Shown in pieces: positions 37,719-50,151 of a stretch of DNA of 64,000 nt. Source of the DNA: Marsupella aquatica. Lineage: Eukaryota; Plantae; Marchantiophyta. The notes under the pieces are model-generated. The model made no database searches and was not told the DNA's origin. It saw only the letters and a list, made by a program, of their open reading frames with translations. The stretch is taken from the NCBI GenBank assembly GCA_973895155.1, contig OZ316894.1, positions 2,186,457-2,250,456 of the forward strand, read 5' to 3'. Position numbers and translations under genes: made by a program. Every line of letters begins with the position of its first letter. Position 1 is the stretch's first letter.

Positions 37719-40700
37719 AGTCATGACGCTCCTCCGTTAATCTTGACCTCGATCCTTATCACATGACTGAGTAGGGTACACAAAATGGCAATTGGGAGTG
37801 AGCCGTGTGAATGTAGAGGTTAGCAACCACGGCACCTTCTTCTTGAGAGATTCGAAAAGAGATTGAAGTCAAAGAAGCAGAGGGCGCCCCAATTGTCAAT
37901 GCAACCTCGACCGTGCTACTTTGTACTGTAGGTACAATTGGAGGAAGGAAAATGTAGATGGCGCCGTGGTGGGACTTGGTAGACAAATAAGGTTGCTGGT
38001 CACTGGTCCATTCCATGACCTGGATCGAGTTTGGTTGGGTAGAGCCCCAAGCAGCTTAAAACATGAAGAAGGCCAAATTGAGCTTATACATTCGAGCTCC
38101 CGAGCCGCGGGAGTGGGTACAATTATGTCACTTGGAAGGTAAGACGGCTGACAAAAGATTTTCACATGGACGGCTGCGGACCATAAGGACTACGACGCTC
38201 TCAAGCCGAAAAAGGTACGTGAGGTCAATTGGGCAATGTATTGCAAATGGCTAACAATCGTCGTCTCAGGTTTTTCTCAAGGTGCAGTTGCTGGTCGCCT
38301 AACTAGATAGTACAATGAATGTGCTACAAGTCCAGACTCATACGACAAGCACACGTGAGGTATTTGACCTCCCCGCCATCGCCTTGCTTCCTTCTTCAAA
38401 TTGACTACTTCAAGTTCTTCATTGGGACTACCAGACAGGCTAGACCTTGCGTCAGAAACGAAGCATCTGATTTGACGCACGGCCTAGACTGTCTGGTAGT
38501 CCGAAGAACTTGAGCATTACTTTTATTTGTTTTCACAGTTCAATTTCTGCCATCAGGTGGATCTCACAATAAATCTAGACTTGAGCATTCCCCTGACTGA
38601 TTCCATGGCTAGAGGAAGCATTTCGAATTGATTTGTAATTGGCAAATCAGGGCTGATTGGAGAACTGTTGTTCGATCATCTCACGGGCTAAGCAACCAGC
38701 TGGAAGTGCAAAACTCAGTCACTCTTCAAACATGTTTTTTTTTAGATTGAGAACCCACAGGGCTACCTCTTTAATCACCACTAGCCATGCCAGATTTCAC
38801 CATACTAGATAGAATCCTTTCCTGAATTTGTGGAGAAAATTGGAATGGGAGAGGAAAAGAATGAGAGGGGAGAATCCCTGAATGTGTGGACCAATATGGA
38901 ATGGGACAGGAGAAGAATGAGGGGGAGAGGAATGAGAGGAAAATGAAAAAGAGTGAACTCAAGTATTGGACATGTCCCCCCTTTATATGACTAGTGGAAA
39001 ATTAATTTCTGGGCGAGTTACAGTTTGCCTTTGAAGCTGTCCTTTTCCATATATTTACTTCTTTTTATGAATTACTAAGATGAGATTATGAACCAGTCAT
39101 CAGTGAGGGTTTAAGTTAATGATTATCTTACTACTAAGGGACAAGGTAAAGGTAAAGTTGCATAAAGTTGCTCTAGTGTAGAGTGAAGTCAAGTCTCTAG
39201 ACTCTAACTCCCAATCAGGACAAAACTGATTGCAACTCTAGATAAGAACAAAATTGAGACTGAAGGTGAACAAAACACAAAGATGGGGCACGTGGAATAA
39301 CAAAGAATTTTCTTTGTATTGGAAGATTTTTTTTGTCTTATCTAAATACATTCAAGGAATGCCCGGGTAATCAGGCTAGTTCATACAAAAGAATTGTGGC
39401 CATCACCAATCTGAACGGTAATAACAAACTGGTCTAGCAAGTAGAGAAAAACTGAGAGGACTCAACATGAGCAGACTAGGTCCTCAAAGATGTGTTGTAC
39501 AAAAATGTAAAATAATATTAATCATGTCATGCAAGTGTTCATGGTTTGTTTTGTAGGTTGGCTACAACTATGATTGAGGCAGTAGGGATTGTCCTTAGAG
39601 CATTTGGCATCTGTCATGGTATTTTCACTGCACTATTGGGGAGGGGGAGTCAGAGCATTAATTCCCACTCGTTGTAGGGAATGCCAGGCCAGGACTGACT
39701 TTGGTCCTATGTCCCCAACCTGCCAAACAATTTTTGCAAACTCCAAGCCCCAGCATTACAAAAAATGGGATTGTGGCTCAACAAATTTCTGCTTGCATGC
39801 ACCAGTTCTGCCTAGTTTGGACTCATTCTATGACTCCATTGACAGCCTTGCCAAAAAAATGAGGTATTTACTTGATGAACCCCCAAAATGAAACTTGTTA
39901 CTTGATAGACCCCCTGACGTCTATCAACGATCCAGATGTGAGATCGAAAGGTCCATCAATGGTCCAGATTGGGAAAAGTATCCAGGTAGTTGATTAAGCA
40001 AATTTTTTCCAGAGGGAGGTCTACTAAGCATATCCCTCCAAAAAAACTGGACAACATGAATTGTGCCATCATAAAACAAGTGGATATCATGACAAAAGTC
40101 TTGATAGACTGCAAGAATCAAGTACAGTTTTGTGCGCTGCTATCAAGTACACAAATTTAACACCGCTTGAGAGATGTTGTTGCGTGCAGAAGCTCCATGC
40201 AATATGCTAATTGACCTTTCCCACTATTTTTGAATGTACAGTGCAATTTTCTAATTTGAATATCATGAAAGACATTGGCAAATCCAAAGGTCATGATCTC
40301 CCCAATGCTGAGTATGTTAAAACGTACAACTCTAATGTAAGTTGTTATTGGATGCATGCATTTCACAACTTCCCATTGTTGAAGGTGGACAGTGCAATCT
40401 CACCTTTTTGGTCAAGTGGATAAGCATTAAGATAACCACCATAAGCACAAGTGTGGCCCTCCACTGCCCCTTCCTGTTTGCTGCTTTGGAATTGAGGTTA
40501 CCCACCATCATTGAAAGAGAGTCTGTGTCAATCCGGATCGACCATGCAATGAACTTACCCAACCAAGCTGAGCCTCCCATCAGCTGGGGAAATGGAAGAA
40601 GGGAGTGTCAATGGTGGTTATACTGGTGAGATTCTCAAGGTCTTGAAGGAATAATTGAAGTGATCATACCTGAACCAGTCATACGTCCACCATCAATCAC

Positions 40701-40829
40701 CAGGCAACACAATATATCAATCATATTTCTCAAGCCACTAGTGATGACTGAGAAAAGAAAGATACTTATCCCTTATCTTTCATATCAATACACTTGATAA
40801 TAATTAAATTGCTCACATTTCCAAATGCA

Positions 40830-43560
40830 ATCATGCTTACCAAGCTTGGAAAGCTCTAATAATATATATGGATCAAGGTCATGACATCATATGAGAAATG
40901 AATCTATAATTATTAGATAAGTTATCATCTATTGAAATGGCAAAAGAAAGATGATCTTAAAAAACACATTGATACATCATTCCAGGTCTATGTTAGATGA
41001 ATATATGGCAAGCCGCACGAGAAGCCGCATGGTTGCTTTAATATTTGTGAAGGCACTCAACGGGGCACTCAATAGTTGCATTATAGATATATTTTTGAGT
41101 TCTATGAGAGGATAATTAAAATTCACAGACTTTAAAAAGTCTTATTTCAAGTCTGCTACAAGAGAAATTGATGCATAATTTTTTTGTTAAAGACAAATCT
41201 ATATGATTGACATACTGATGGCAAGACAATCCAAGTGCACAAAAAGGTAATATAATTTACAGGCATTTGAGAGATTGCTAATTTCAAAGGAAATGGAAAG
41301 CAAAGTATCAATAGGATGAAATAAACTAGGTAATGTTAACTTTCTATAATTGTGACAAGCCTGGTTATTCAAATAAAGATTGCAGGAAGGAAATGAGTAA
41401 CTCTAAGAGGAATCAAAATCAACTAGGTTCAAATATAGTTGAAGAAAGATTGTATATTGCAGCTTTACTCTGCATTAATGAAGGGAAGTCTTCTTTATGG
41501 TATGTTGCGGACTCTATTGTAACAGAATAATCACATGTCACATAGCATAATAAACTGTCTTGTTTCATTGATATATCAACTTTTTTTCACCTAAAGAAAG
41601 ACATTCAAGCATTTTTAGGAGACCATTTTTTACTACTTACCTGTCCCCAACAATGACCAAAATTAGTAGCTGCTCCCTCATTCTATTTTATCTGTCTCCT
41701 GCACCCACATTTTGTAAATGAGGATGGTTTAGTTAACCACAAAAGTTAACTCAACGTTGGCCCTCATTAGTTGTTAGTATGCCATGTGGCAAGGCGTAAT
41801 TATTGCATCCTTGTTACCCTGGTCCCAAAACTGAACTGGCCCTCCCTCACCCGTTACTTGTTCCAGGCCCAACGAGCACTATAATATATGCTGCCAGGCA
41901 CAACTCTATCCGATTGCGCCCTGCATTGCCCCACTGACCCCACTGGCCTTTTAGACTTTTGCCCGCGCAACCTCCCAGGGCCTGACTACCACTTTGCACA
42001 GGCCCGATGACCATTAGTCATCCCAGGCCATTTTTTACCAAAGGAAATGTGCAAATGTTTACACGTATATCTGACCAGTGTGTACACCATGAAGGGATGT
42101 AGGCGACTGTCTACGACTGTTGTGGGGGAAGGGCAACAATGTGGGAGAGGGGCTGGGAGAGGGGCAACAGCTTGTGAGAAGGTTTAGACGCGCAAGGGCA
42201 AAGGTAGAATTCCAACCGTGCGGAGGGTAGTAGACTCGTGACTCCCATACTTGTTTTCTCTCCAAAAAAAATGACCTTGAATGGTACCACTTTCAAGCCC
42301 TGTGCTGTATACATTTGAGTCTTGAGGATCTTAAAGTGCGTTGAAGGGTAGTATGTGGGAACACAAGCCAGGGCAGGGGTGAAGTTAGGAACAAAGGGAG
42401 GGTGTGAAGACAAAGGAAATGGCAGGAAAGCTTACCAGCTTTGTAAAAGCCTTGTTGATGTCAGTGCATGATTGTGGGCAACCTTGAGAGTGCTTAGCAG
42501 CTTGTTTCATATCAATCATCTCAAAATTGGTTGACCATGCTCAGGACATCCTCCATAGTTCTGCAGTCGGCCGGGTCTGCAGTCCTTTGACTCAAGTGGA
42601 CATGGAGTTTACCATGAACCAAGTGCTCCCGATTTCTCATTAGACACATTGGGTGAGCAGGCAGAAGAACTGTCATGCACATGAATATTGTGCAGCTTGC
42701 AACAATCAGAAAGGTGGAGTTAAGAAAGGCTGATGCGCGGACAACCTCGTTGCTCCAGGGCTCAAGGCTGGACTAAAATTTTAGGCTAGGCCGGCTCAGA
42801 AAAAATGTGGAGAGAGGTCGAGTTTTAGGGTGGCAGATCGAACTACAAATTGGCACACCCGTTGGCACAGGGCCGGGGAAGCACAAGTCCAGAACGTGGA
42901 TAGTCATGTATTGACATGGAAACCAGGACATAAATTAACAGAAATTCTATGGGGTGTAGGAGACAAAAAAATTTAAAAATGGGGAGCAGTTACTAATTTT
43001 GGTCATTGTGGGGGACAGGTTAGTAAACAACAGTTTTAGGAGATAAGAACAATAGACACATTGAATAGAAAAATTAAAGCAAGATCAATTAGAAAAGAAG
43101 TTAGCCAAGAATCTAGTTTCCAGTTATCAACTTGATGATCAAAGCTACAGAACATACACCAATAAGAAATAACTTTTGTACGATACATGATCCTAAAAGG
43201 AAAATTGTTACAAGTTGCTACGCTTGAATGTCATCAATTTTGAACAGCATGTTGGTTTTCACCATTGTGAATTTATGAACTAAGAGAAATGAAAGAATGA
43301 TAGTTTTTAAATATATGTTTGAGAAATTTGGTAGAATCAAAGAGGGACTGAAAAAATTATCAATTTCAGAGAGAATATGATTAGAGAAGACTATACAGAA
43401 ATTAAACTAGTAAGAATTTGATGTTTATATATTAAGCCACTCAGATTCTATCAAGAGGATCTTAATGGCAATCTTCCTTACTACTCCAGAATGTTTAGGT
43501 CTTCCTCAACATCTATCCACACTAGAAGGAAAAATTTAGTGCCTAAGAACTTTGCCTTTG
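40830..43560 (+). pseudogene. Highly degenerate Ty1/Copia gag-pol relic, interrupted by a MULE-like element
   Basis: Decayed zinc knuckle FYNCDKPGYSNKDC (~41340) followed by a protease-like WYVADS...SH segment. Many stops. Boundaries approximate. Confidence 0.5.
41623..43033. mobile_element. Non-autonomous TIR element with long TIRs (Mutator-like)
   Basis: ~80-bp imperfect TIRs (TTTACT...ACCTGTCCCC.ACAATGACCAAAATTAGTA.CTGCTCCC...TGTCTCCT.CACCC). Direct flanks TTTTAGGAGA at 41613-41622 and 43034-43043 (10-bp TSD). Confidence 0.8.
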
Positions 43561-46500
43561 CTCTTTTACCATGTGAAATACATGAACTAATAGACAAATA
43601 GATCAAGTTAGTGAATACTAATTGAATGCTTAGAATAGATTGATTGAGAATAAGTGAATTATGCTGGTACAATTCAAGGTTCCTACTTCCAAAAGCTCAG
43701 GAAAGAAAGACTAAGCTAAGAATGTGTCATTTCAAATCTACAAATATGAAACAACACCAGAAGAAATTTAATGAATTGAGATTGTCGATAACCAGAATTA
43801 ATAACAACTCTCAATTTAATATGATTGTTCAAATAGATCGATCTGTACCTGGGAGTACTACAAAGAGTAATCAACTAGCAATTTATACTAGAGCCCTAGT
43901 AGACTCATTAATTTGTTCCTTGATCTATGATATTCTAAAATCTCATTTTCTTCCTACACAATTTGTGAAAAGTATAACCTGATAGCGGGCCTGATAGAGA
44001 ACAATACATCAAGACATGCAATGAATAGTAAAAAAAACTAAGTTAGAAATGTGTAATTTGTGCACTTGAAACACCAGAAAAGTCCTATGATTGGCCTAAA
44101 ATTGTCCCCAGAATAATGGTACCTAAATCTCATCTATTCATATAGATCGATGAGTGTGAGGACTACACAGAATACCCAACTAACACTGACACAACTACCA
44201 TACTAGACTAGTAGCCTGATCGATCTAGTTTACTAATCTACTATTTTTCTCTGACTACTTCAAAAACATTTAATTTGTTGAGTATATATGTTGTACTTCA
44301 AAAGTAGTGCTTAATTAGAGTCAATCATGTATGCTCCAATATTAGACAGTTATTTGAGAAGTTGGATAAATATTGTTGCATGGAGTGTTTTGAACCAATC
44401 TCAGAACCAATGGTCTAAAGTTTGCTTGCATTTTAGTGTCCTCAGGTCATCAGATTTCTGTCAATTATCTTATGTATTGTGTTGAAAAAGCTTAATCAAT
44501 GGTAATGCAATCAGGAAAACTAAGCTTGAATGAGATGCTTCTCACTCAATCGCAACAATATATTACTCTTTGATCAATCTGTTATTAAGATATGACGCCT
44601 ATCTTGATCCTGGAGCTTTCTAACCCTGTCACACAAAGGGCATGATGAGAATTAAAGACAATCAAGTTTAACGGGACCCATTCAAGATTTAGAATCTGAA
44701 ATTCCCAAATCTAATTGGTTTGAATTGTCCCCTCACATAGGCCAGAGTAATTGGGAAAGATAAAAGTCTGCTTATGAATTATTATGTTTATCAAAAGTTT
44801 TGATTTATTAATAGATTAAGGGTCATATTTTTCCTTCCATGAAGTACAATCTTTCATCCAATTAATTTCTAGAGCTGTTTCAAGGTACAATGAGGCCCCT
44901 GGCCAATGTTCCTCATTATCTGTTAGTGATCCTATAATTATATTTCTAAGAGCTCTCCCCAAATCATGACGGTCTTTCATTTCTTGTCAATCATGGTAAT
45001 CTTTCATTCTGTTCAAACCAATGTCACAACTAACATTAGCCTTGCATTCTGATTTTTTTTCAAAGAGGATTCCATGTACACTGTGAAGAACCACACCAAC
45101 TAAGACAGAGGGAAGACCCCGGGGAAGACAGATTAAGTCTGAAGTCAAGACTGATTGATGGAGCATTTGTTATTGGTTGGAGACTCCAGAAAACAGGGAA
45201 ACATTACTGGCCTACTTCCTCAGATCCCTACCACATTTTGTGATTGCAATTGTGAAAGGCGTGCTGTCAGCACATACTAACATGCATGTTCTCAGCACAT
45301 AAGTATGTGCCAAAGATCAGCAGCATTGAGAAATTAAGACCATATTTGCTACTACAATTAATGTGTGGTGGCAAAACTACTTCACCTAGGACAAGTGTCT
45401 TATAAAATTGATAGAACAAAGTAAAGGAAGTCAGTATGCAATTCTCTTAAGCTCAGATGATTGATAAATTTTATAAAAATAACTGTCAAATTATATACAA
45501 TGTTTCCTCATACAAGTAGGTGATATTGTTTATTAAGTGAAGAGTGACACTGGAAACGTGTGCGTATCTTTGTGCCGGCCACTTTAAAGTTCGTGACATA
45601 GACGATACGTGTTTGTTCATCTTGTGAGATTTTGAGAGAAAAACAAAATACACTCAACAAATAACAAATGTATTGAATGAATGAATACAAGATTTTTGAT
45701 TCAAAAATCTCTGACTAAATAGATAACAATAGCTAGGTGTCAATTGGCATCACAATCAGGTGTGTCTTTTGACCATGTCACTTGGAGAGTGACCCCTAGA
45801 GTATATGTCTCTTCAGTTGAAGAGTCATAAGTATATTGTCCAGTGTGATCTAATTAAGCACATGGATAACTTGAACTAGATTAATAAGTAAAAACTTGAT
45901 AAAGATACTAATTATTTATTGAATTTATCTCTAACACGTACTCCCTCTCAAATAGTAATCAAAATTACTAATCTTGTTGAAACTAATCCCTGAAACCAAT
46001 CTATAGGAACTAAGCCTAAGGAGGTACAGTATGTTTTTGATGAAGTTCTGTGCGTAATCCTTCGGTAAGGATATCAGCTGTCATGTCTTGTGTAGGATTA
46101 TAGATAATGTTAATATCTCGAATGATCCATTAAGAACTTGATCTTTAATATAATGAAATTGTATATCAATATGTTTGGATCTTTCATGATGTTTGGAGGT
46201 GTAAACAAGTGTAATGGCACAGTTATTGTTGGTTTGTTGAATAAAACCAATATATCAAGTAACATTTGTCTGTGCCAAATAGCTTCTGTGCCAAATAGCT
46301 TCTGTACTAGCTTTACAGAGTGCAATATATTTAGATTTGGTGCTTGCATTAAAGGGCAACAGTCTATATATTTTTGCTTCTTACTAGTCCAACTGATAGC
46401 ACAACCACCAAGTAGAAAACAATATCCGCCAATTGATTTATGAGAACCATACTCATCACCATAAGATGAATCAGAGTATCCTTGAAGCTGAAAAGGTTGA

Positions 46501-47124
46501 TCAGACTGGGTATATTGCATTATTGACACAAATGCTTAGTTGCTTGTAAATAGCGAAAAGTTCTCTTAACAACAATTCTATGTTGAGGACCAGGATTAGA
46601 CATGAATTGAGCTACATTGCTAACAGAGTTCTAAGATATATCAGGACATGAAGCAATCATGAGCTACATTAAACTACCTATTGCACTATGATATGGAATG
46701 ATCTGCTTAGTAGCAATTTCCTCAGTAGAAGGTGATTGATCTTGAATGCATATGTGGTAATTGCACAATTACCAAACTTGTAAGGTGTGGATATAGGTTT
46801 ACAGTCAAGCATATGAAACTGTTTGAGCTTGTTGAGAATGTACGAGTTTGATTAATACGGAGCCATGCTTGGAGTAACTAGTCCTGTCACGTTGAGGAGC
46901 ATACCAAGTATATGATAAGCAGTACCAAAATCTATCATGTCAAATTCTTTACTGGCAAGAAGGTCTTGATTACTTGAAGTAAAGAATCACTAGAACGGTG
47001 CCATCAACATAAAGAGCAAGAATAATGAAAGCAGATCGGTGAGTGTAAATATTGTTATCAGCAATAGAACTGATGAAGCCAATATTCAGTAGAGCATCTA
47101 GTGAAATCTTTCATACCACATTAA

Positions 47125-47332
47125 ACCACACCTGCCACTATAAAAGCCTCATTCCATGGCTCACTACTCACCATAAAAGGAGGAACACTAGCACCTTTTG
47201 TGGAGTACTTGCCAAAAAAGGCTTTTGCAGTCAGCACCTTTTGTGGAGCTCAAAGCCCATTTCTGAACAGTTTGTACTCTTCAGAATGAGAGCTACGGGT
47301 TACCCGTAGCCCTTTATAGGGGCAGGTGTGGT
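47125..47332. mobile_element. 208-bp MITE inserted at TTAA in Copia A RT
   Basis: TIR ACCACACCTGCC(A/C)CTATAAA at both ends, TTAA on both flanks. Removal restores RT motif GLKQFALMWYERF. Confidence 0.85.
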
Positions 47333-47468
47333 TTAAAGCAAATTGTTTCAAACCATATATAGAGCAACCTAAAAGGCTAACTAATGATGGATTGGAAACT
47401 TCGAGACCAAGAGGAAAGTAGATGTTATGCTTATGTAGTTGCATGATGCATGATAAGTTGAGGCTTTA

Positions 47469-47741
47469 CACCGTGCCAGGAAACAGGAAAATTATTTCCT
47501 GTTATGAGCAAAAATGAAATATCAAAAATGTCTCATTAAGACTCAAATTTTTCAAAATGATCATTTTTGGCTAGCGCCAAGCGCTACTATTACTAGCTTT
47601 GGGCGCTAGTAAAAAAATGTAAAAAATACAAACCCAAAAAAAAAAATTCTCAAAAAAAATTCTCAAAAAATTCTCAAAAAATTGTCATCAATTTGCTGTT
47701 TACTGTTTGTTGTTTCATTTTTCCTGTTTCTTGCCACGGTG
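47469..47741. mobile_element. ~273-bp MITE at the deletion junction of Copia A
   Basis: TIR CACCGTG.CA.GAAACAGGAAAA / TTTTCCTGTTTCTTGCCACGGTG. No clean TSD; flanks are RT-derived on one side and gag-derived on the other. Confidence 0.75.
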
Positions 47742-48933
47742 GTTATACCCTTGTCTTGGGAGGAACATGCATTGTTGAATGTATAAGCAACAACAGTACA
47801 TGATTGTGCTTAGTTATTTGAAGGACTGTATTGTTCACTTCAAAGCTAGTCACTGTGTAGAAGCTCGTCGTTGTGTAGACATGATGGCCTTTTAGATTGC
47901 AATGAAAACAACACATATTTTTATAAGGATTTCTCCAGCTAAATGTTGGGGGAAGTGGAAATTTGAAGTACGTACTAGCCCAATGAGCAGGCCAATCAGT
48001 TAAAAAATGCCCATCTTTTCTAAGTGGGAAATGAGGGTTTCCACTAGAATGGTGAGGTGGTCTGAGTTGAATAGACTTATGATGCCTTCCTTCAGAAACG
48101 TTTTTACCTGCATAAAGAGTTCTAGTAGTGGATATGGCTTTGGGGTCTTGTGTAGACTTGAGTACAATCTCTTCTTGCAAGAGAAGTTAAGCACCCCAGG
48201 CCAGCTTGTGAAAGAGTCAAATTAAACCAGGTTGAGCCCCTAGAGATGATACAAAAGATTTATAGGAAAAGGGAAGGCTATGTAACAGACTTAGAAGTTG
48301 ACTTCTCGCAGTAACTATTCCTGATGCAGTTGATTGATCAACAATAGTTTTCAAATTATGAATATATGTATAATAAAACCGTCATTTTCAATTCCTTCAT
48401 CTTCATAGTATGTGTACGTAACAAAATAATATATCTTCAAGATACATCTGCGAAGATGCATCTTGGGACTAATACAAGCTAGTCTGATAATTTCTTCCAA
48501 GCTTCTGCAGCAGTAGTAAGACCACTAATATGATTAAATTGGGAATCTCCTATGCAGCGCGCGCTTGAGAAACTCTAGTAGGGCTATTGAATTCTTATTA
48601 TTGTCCCATTCTTCTACACTGTTGGGACCAACCAGAGGTTGAGTGGGCTTGACTCTTGTTCTGTCAACAATAGATAGGACTTTAAATGGTGTAAAAACTC
48701 TTATCATTGTCACATATATTGCATAGCCAGTACCATCAAACTCGGGCCATCAAATTGCTTGTAATCCAAAAATTTCAAAAAGGAAGCAGCCTTAAGACCA
48801 AGCAAACATCTTATAAATGAGATAGATGCTTGGATAGATTGATGTAGCAAAAATAAAGAACAAAATTGATTCCTCGGATTTGAGAGAATGAGTAGAAGGC
48901 GTCCCTGTCTACTATGAGAAGGTTGAGGCATCC

Positions 48934-49270
48934 CTCGGGGGGGGGGGGGGGGTCACTTCCACGGAAGTGACACATCACGTGCGACGAAATATAGGCCCAT
49001 TTAAATGGGTGTGGCGGAAGACTTCCAAAGTTTGGTGGAAGAACACATAGGGCATGTTTTATTGATTGGTCGACTTTAAAGAACACATAGGCCTATTTAA
49101 TTGCAAAAAATACTTTCTATAAAGTTTTTAGGGGTTTTTTAATAAAAAATGACAAAATTTCAAGAAAGAAAGGGCTTTGCAAAAAAATATTTTTCACTTT
49201 AAAGTTAGGGGGGTCAAACCCTAAAACGTCGCACGCGATGTATGACCCTCCATATAGTGACCCCCCCGAG
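48934..49270. mobile_element. 337-bp MITE with 8-bp TSD AGGCATCC (family shared with 52407-52702, opposite orientation)
   Basis: Ends CTCGGGG...GTCACT / AGTGACCCCCCCGAG, subterminal CGTCGCACG.GAT motifs. TSD at 48926-48933 and 49271-49278. Confidence 0.9.
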
Positions 49271-50151
49271 AGGCATCCCTCAACTTCTCAATCTTTGTTT
49301 AATCAATTTTTTATATTTTATCAGAAGGCTCTGATACCATGTGAGATTTTGAGGGAAAAATGAAAGACACTCAACAAATAACAAATGTATTGAATGACTG
49401 AATACAATCCGAGTAAAAAATCTCTAACTAAATAGATAACACTACCTGCTAGATGTCAAACTAAATCACTATCAGGTGTGTCTTAAAGTTTTGAACATGT
49501 CACTTGGAGAGTGATCGACCCTAGAGTGTATAATATGTCTCTTTGGTTGTATATATAATTGTCAAATATGTGTTAGGGATAATGTGAACACAACTAGACT
49601 ATCTAGGTTATATTGAGGAGATACTTAGATAGACACTACTGTTCATATAGTTAATCCATGTCTCTTAGAAATGCAACCCTTTAGGACTGGACACCTTTAA
49701 GGGATGTGACCCTTCAGGTCTACAATCATTTATTAGCTCTAGCATAATTATAGGTCGTTCTTCATGTCATTCATGGATGACTCATTCAATTGTATTCATT
49801 TACACGATAAAGATTATCATGTGTAAAACTTCATTCCAAGATGGTATTAGAGCCAACCATGGCAAAAGTAGAAGATGTTCTCTCCAATCATACTAGTGAA
49901 GATTTTTCTTCTGCTTTTATTGCAGTACCTGTCAAGAGCAGATCAAAGAAGAAGAGGAATGTTCAGTGCAACACAATTTTCAGTTTTGCTTGCATAGAAC
50001 ACAATGTCCTCCTCCTCCCAAGTCATTTTATAAAAAATTTCAGGAGAAAGTGGTGCCTCAGTTTTCTCACACAAGAGTGAGGAATGTTCATTTGATAGAT
50101 TAAAAATTTGCCATCACTTCGTCTAGTACGTGTCCAACGATATTAGACAAC

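Noticed and set aside
37932-38138. 207-nt AG/GT-bounded open exon
   Set aside because: No partner exons or recognisable protein; could be chance or a pseudogene relic.
39560-40700. Gypsy/other TE coding relic (DMLSRPP-like)
   Set aside because: Too degenerate to assign a family or frame by eye.
42455-42485. VAHNHAL as a MULE transposase HNH motif
   Set aside because: The flanking frame is not supported; probably chance.
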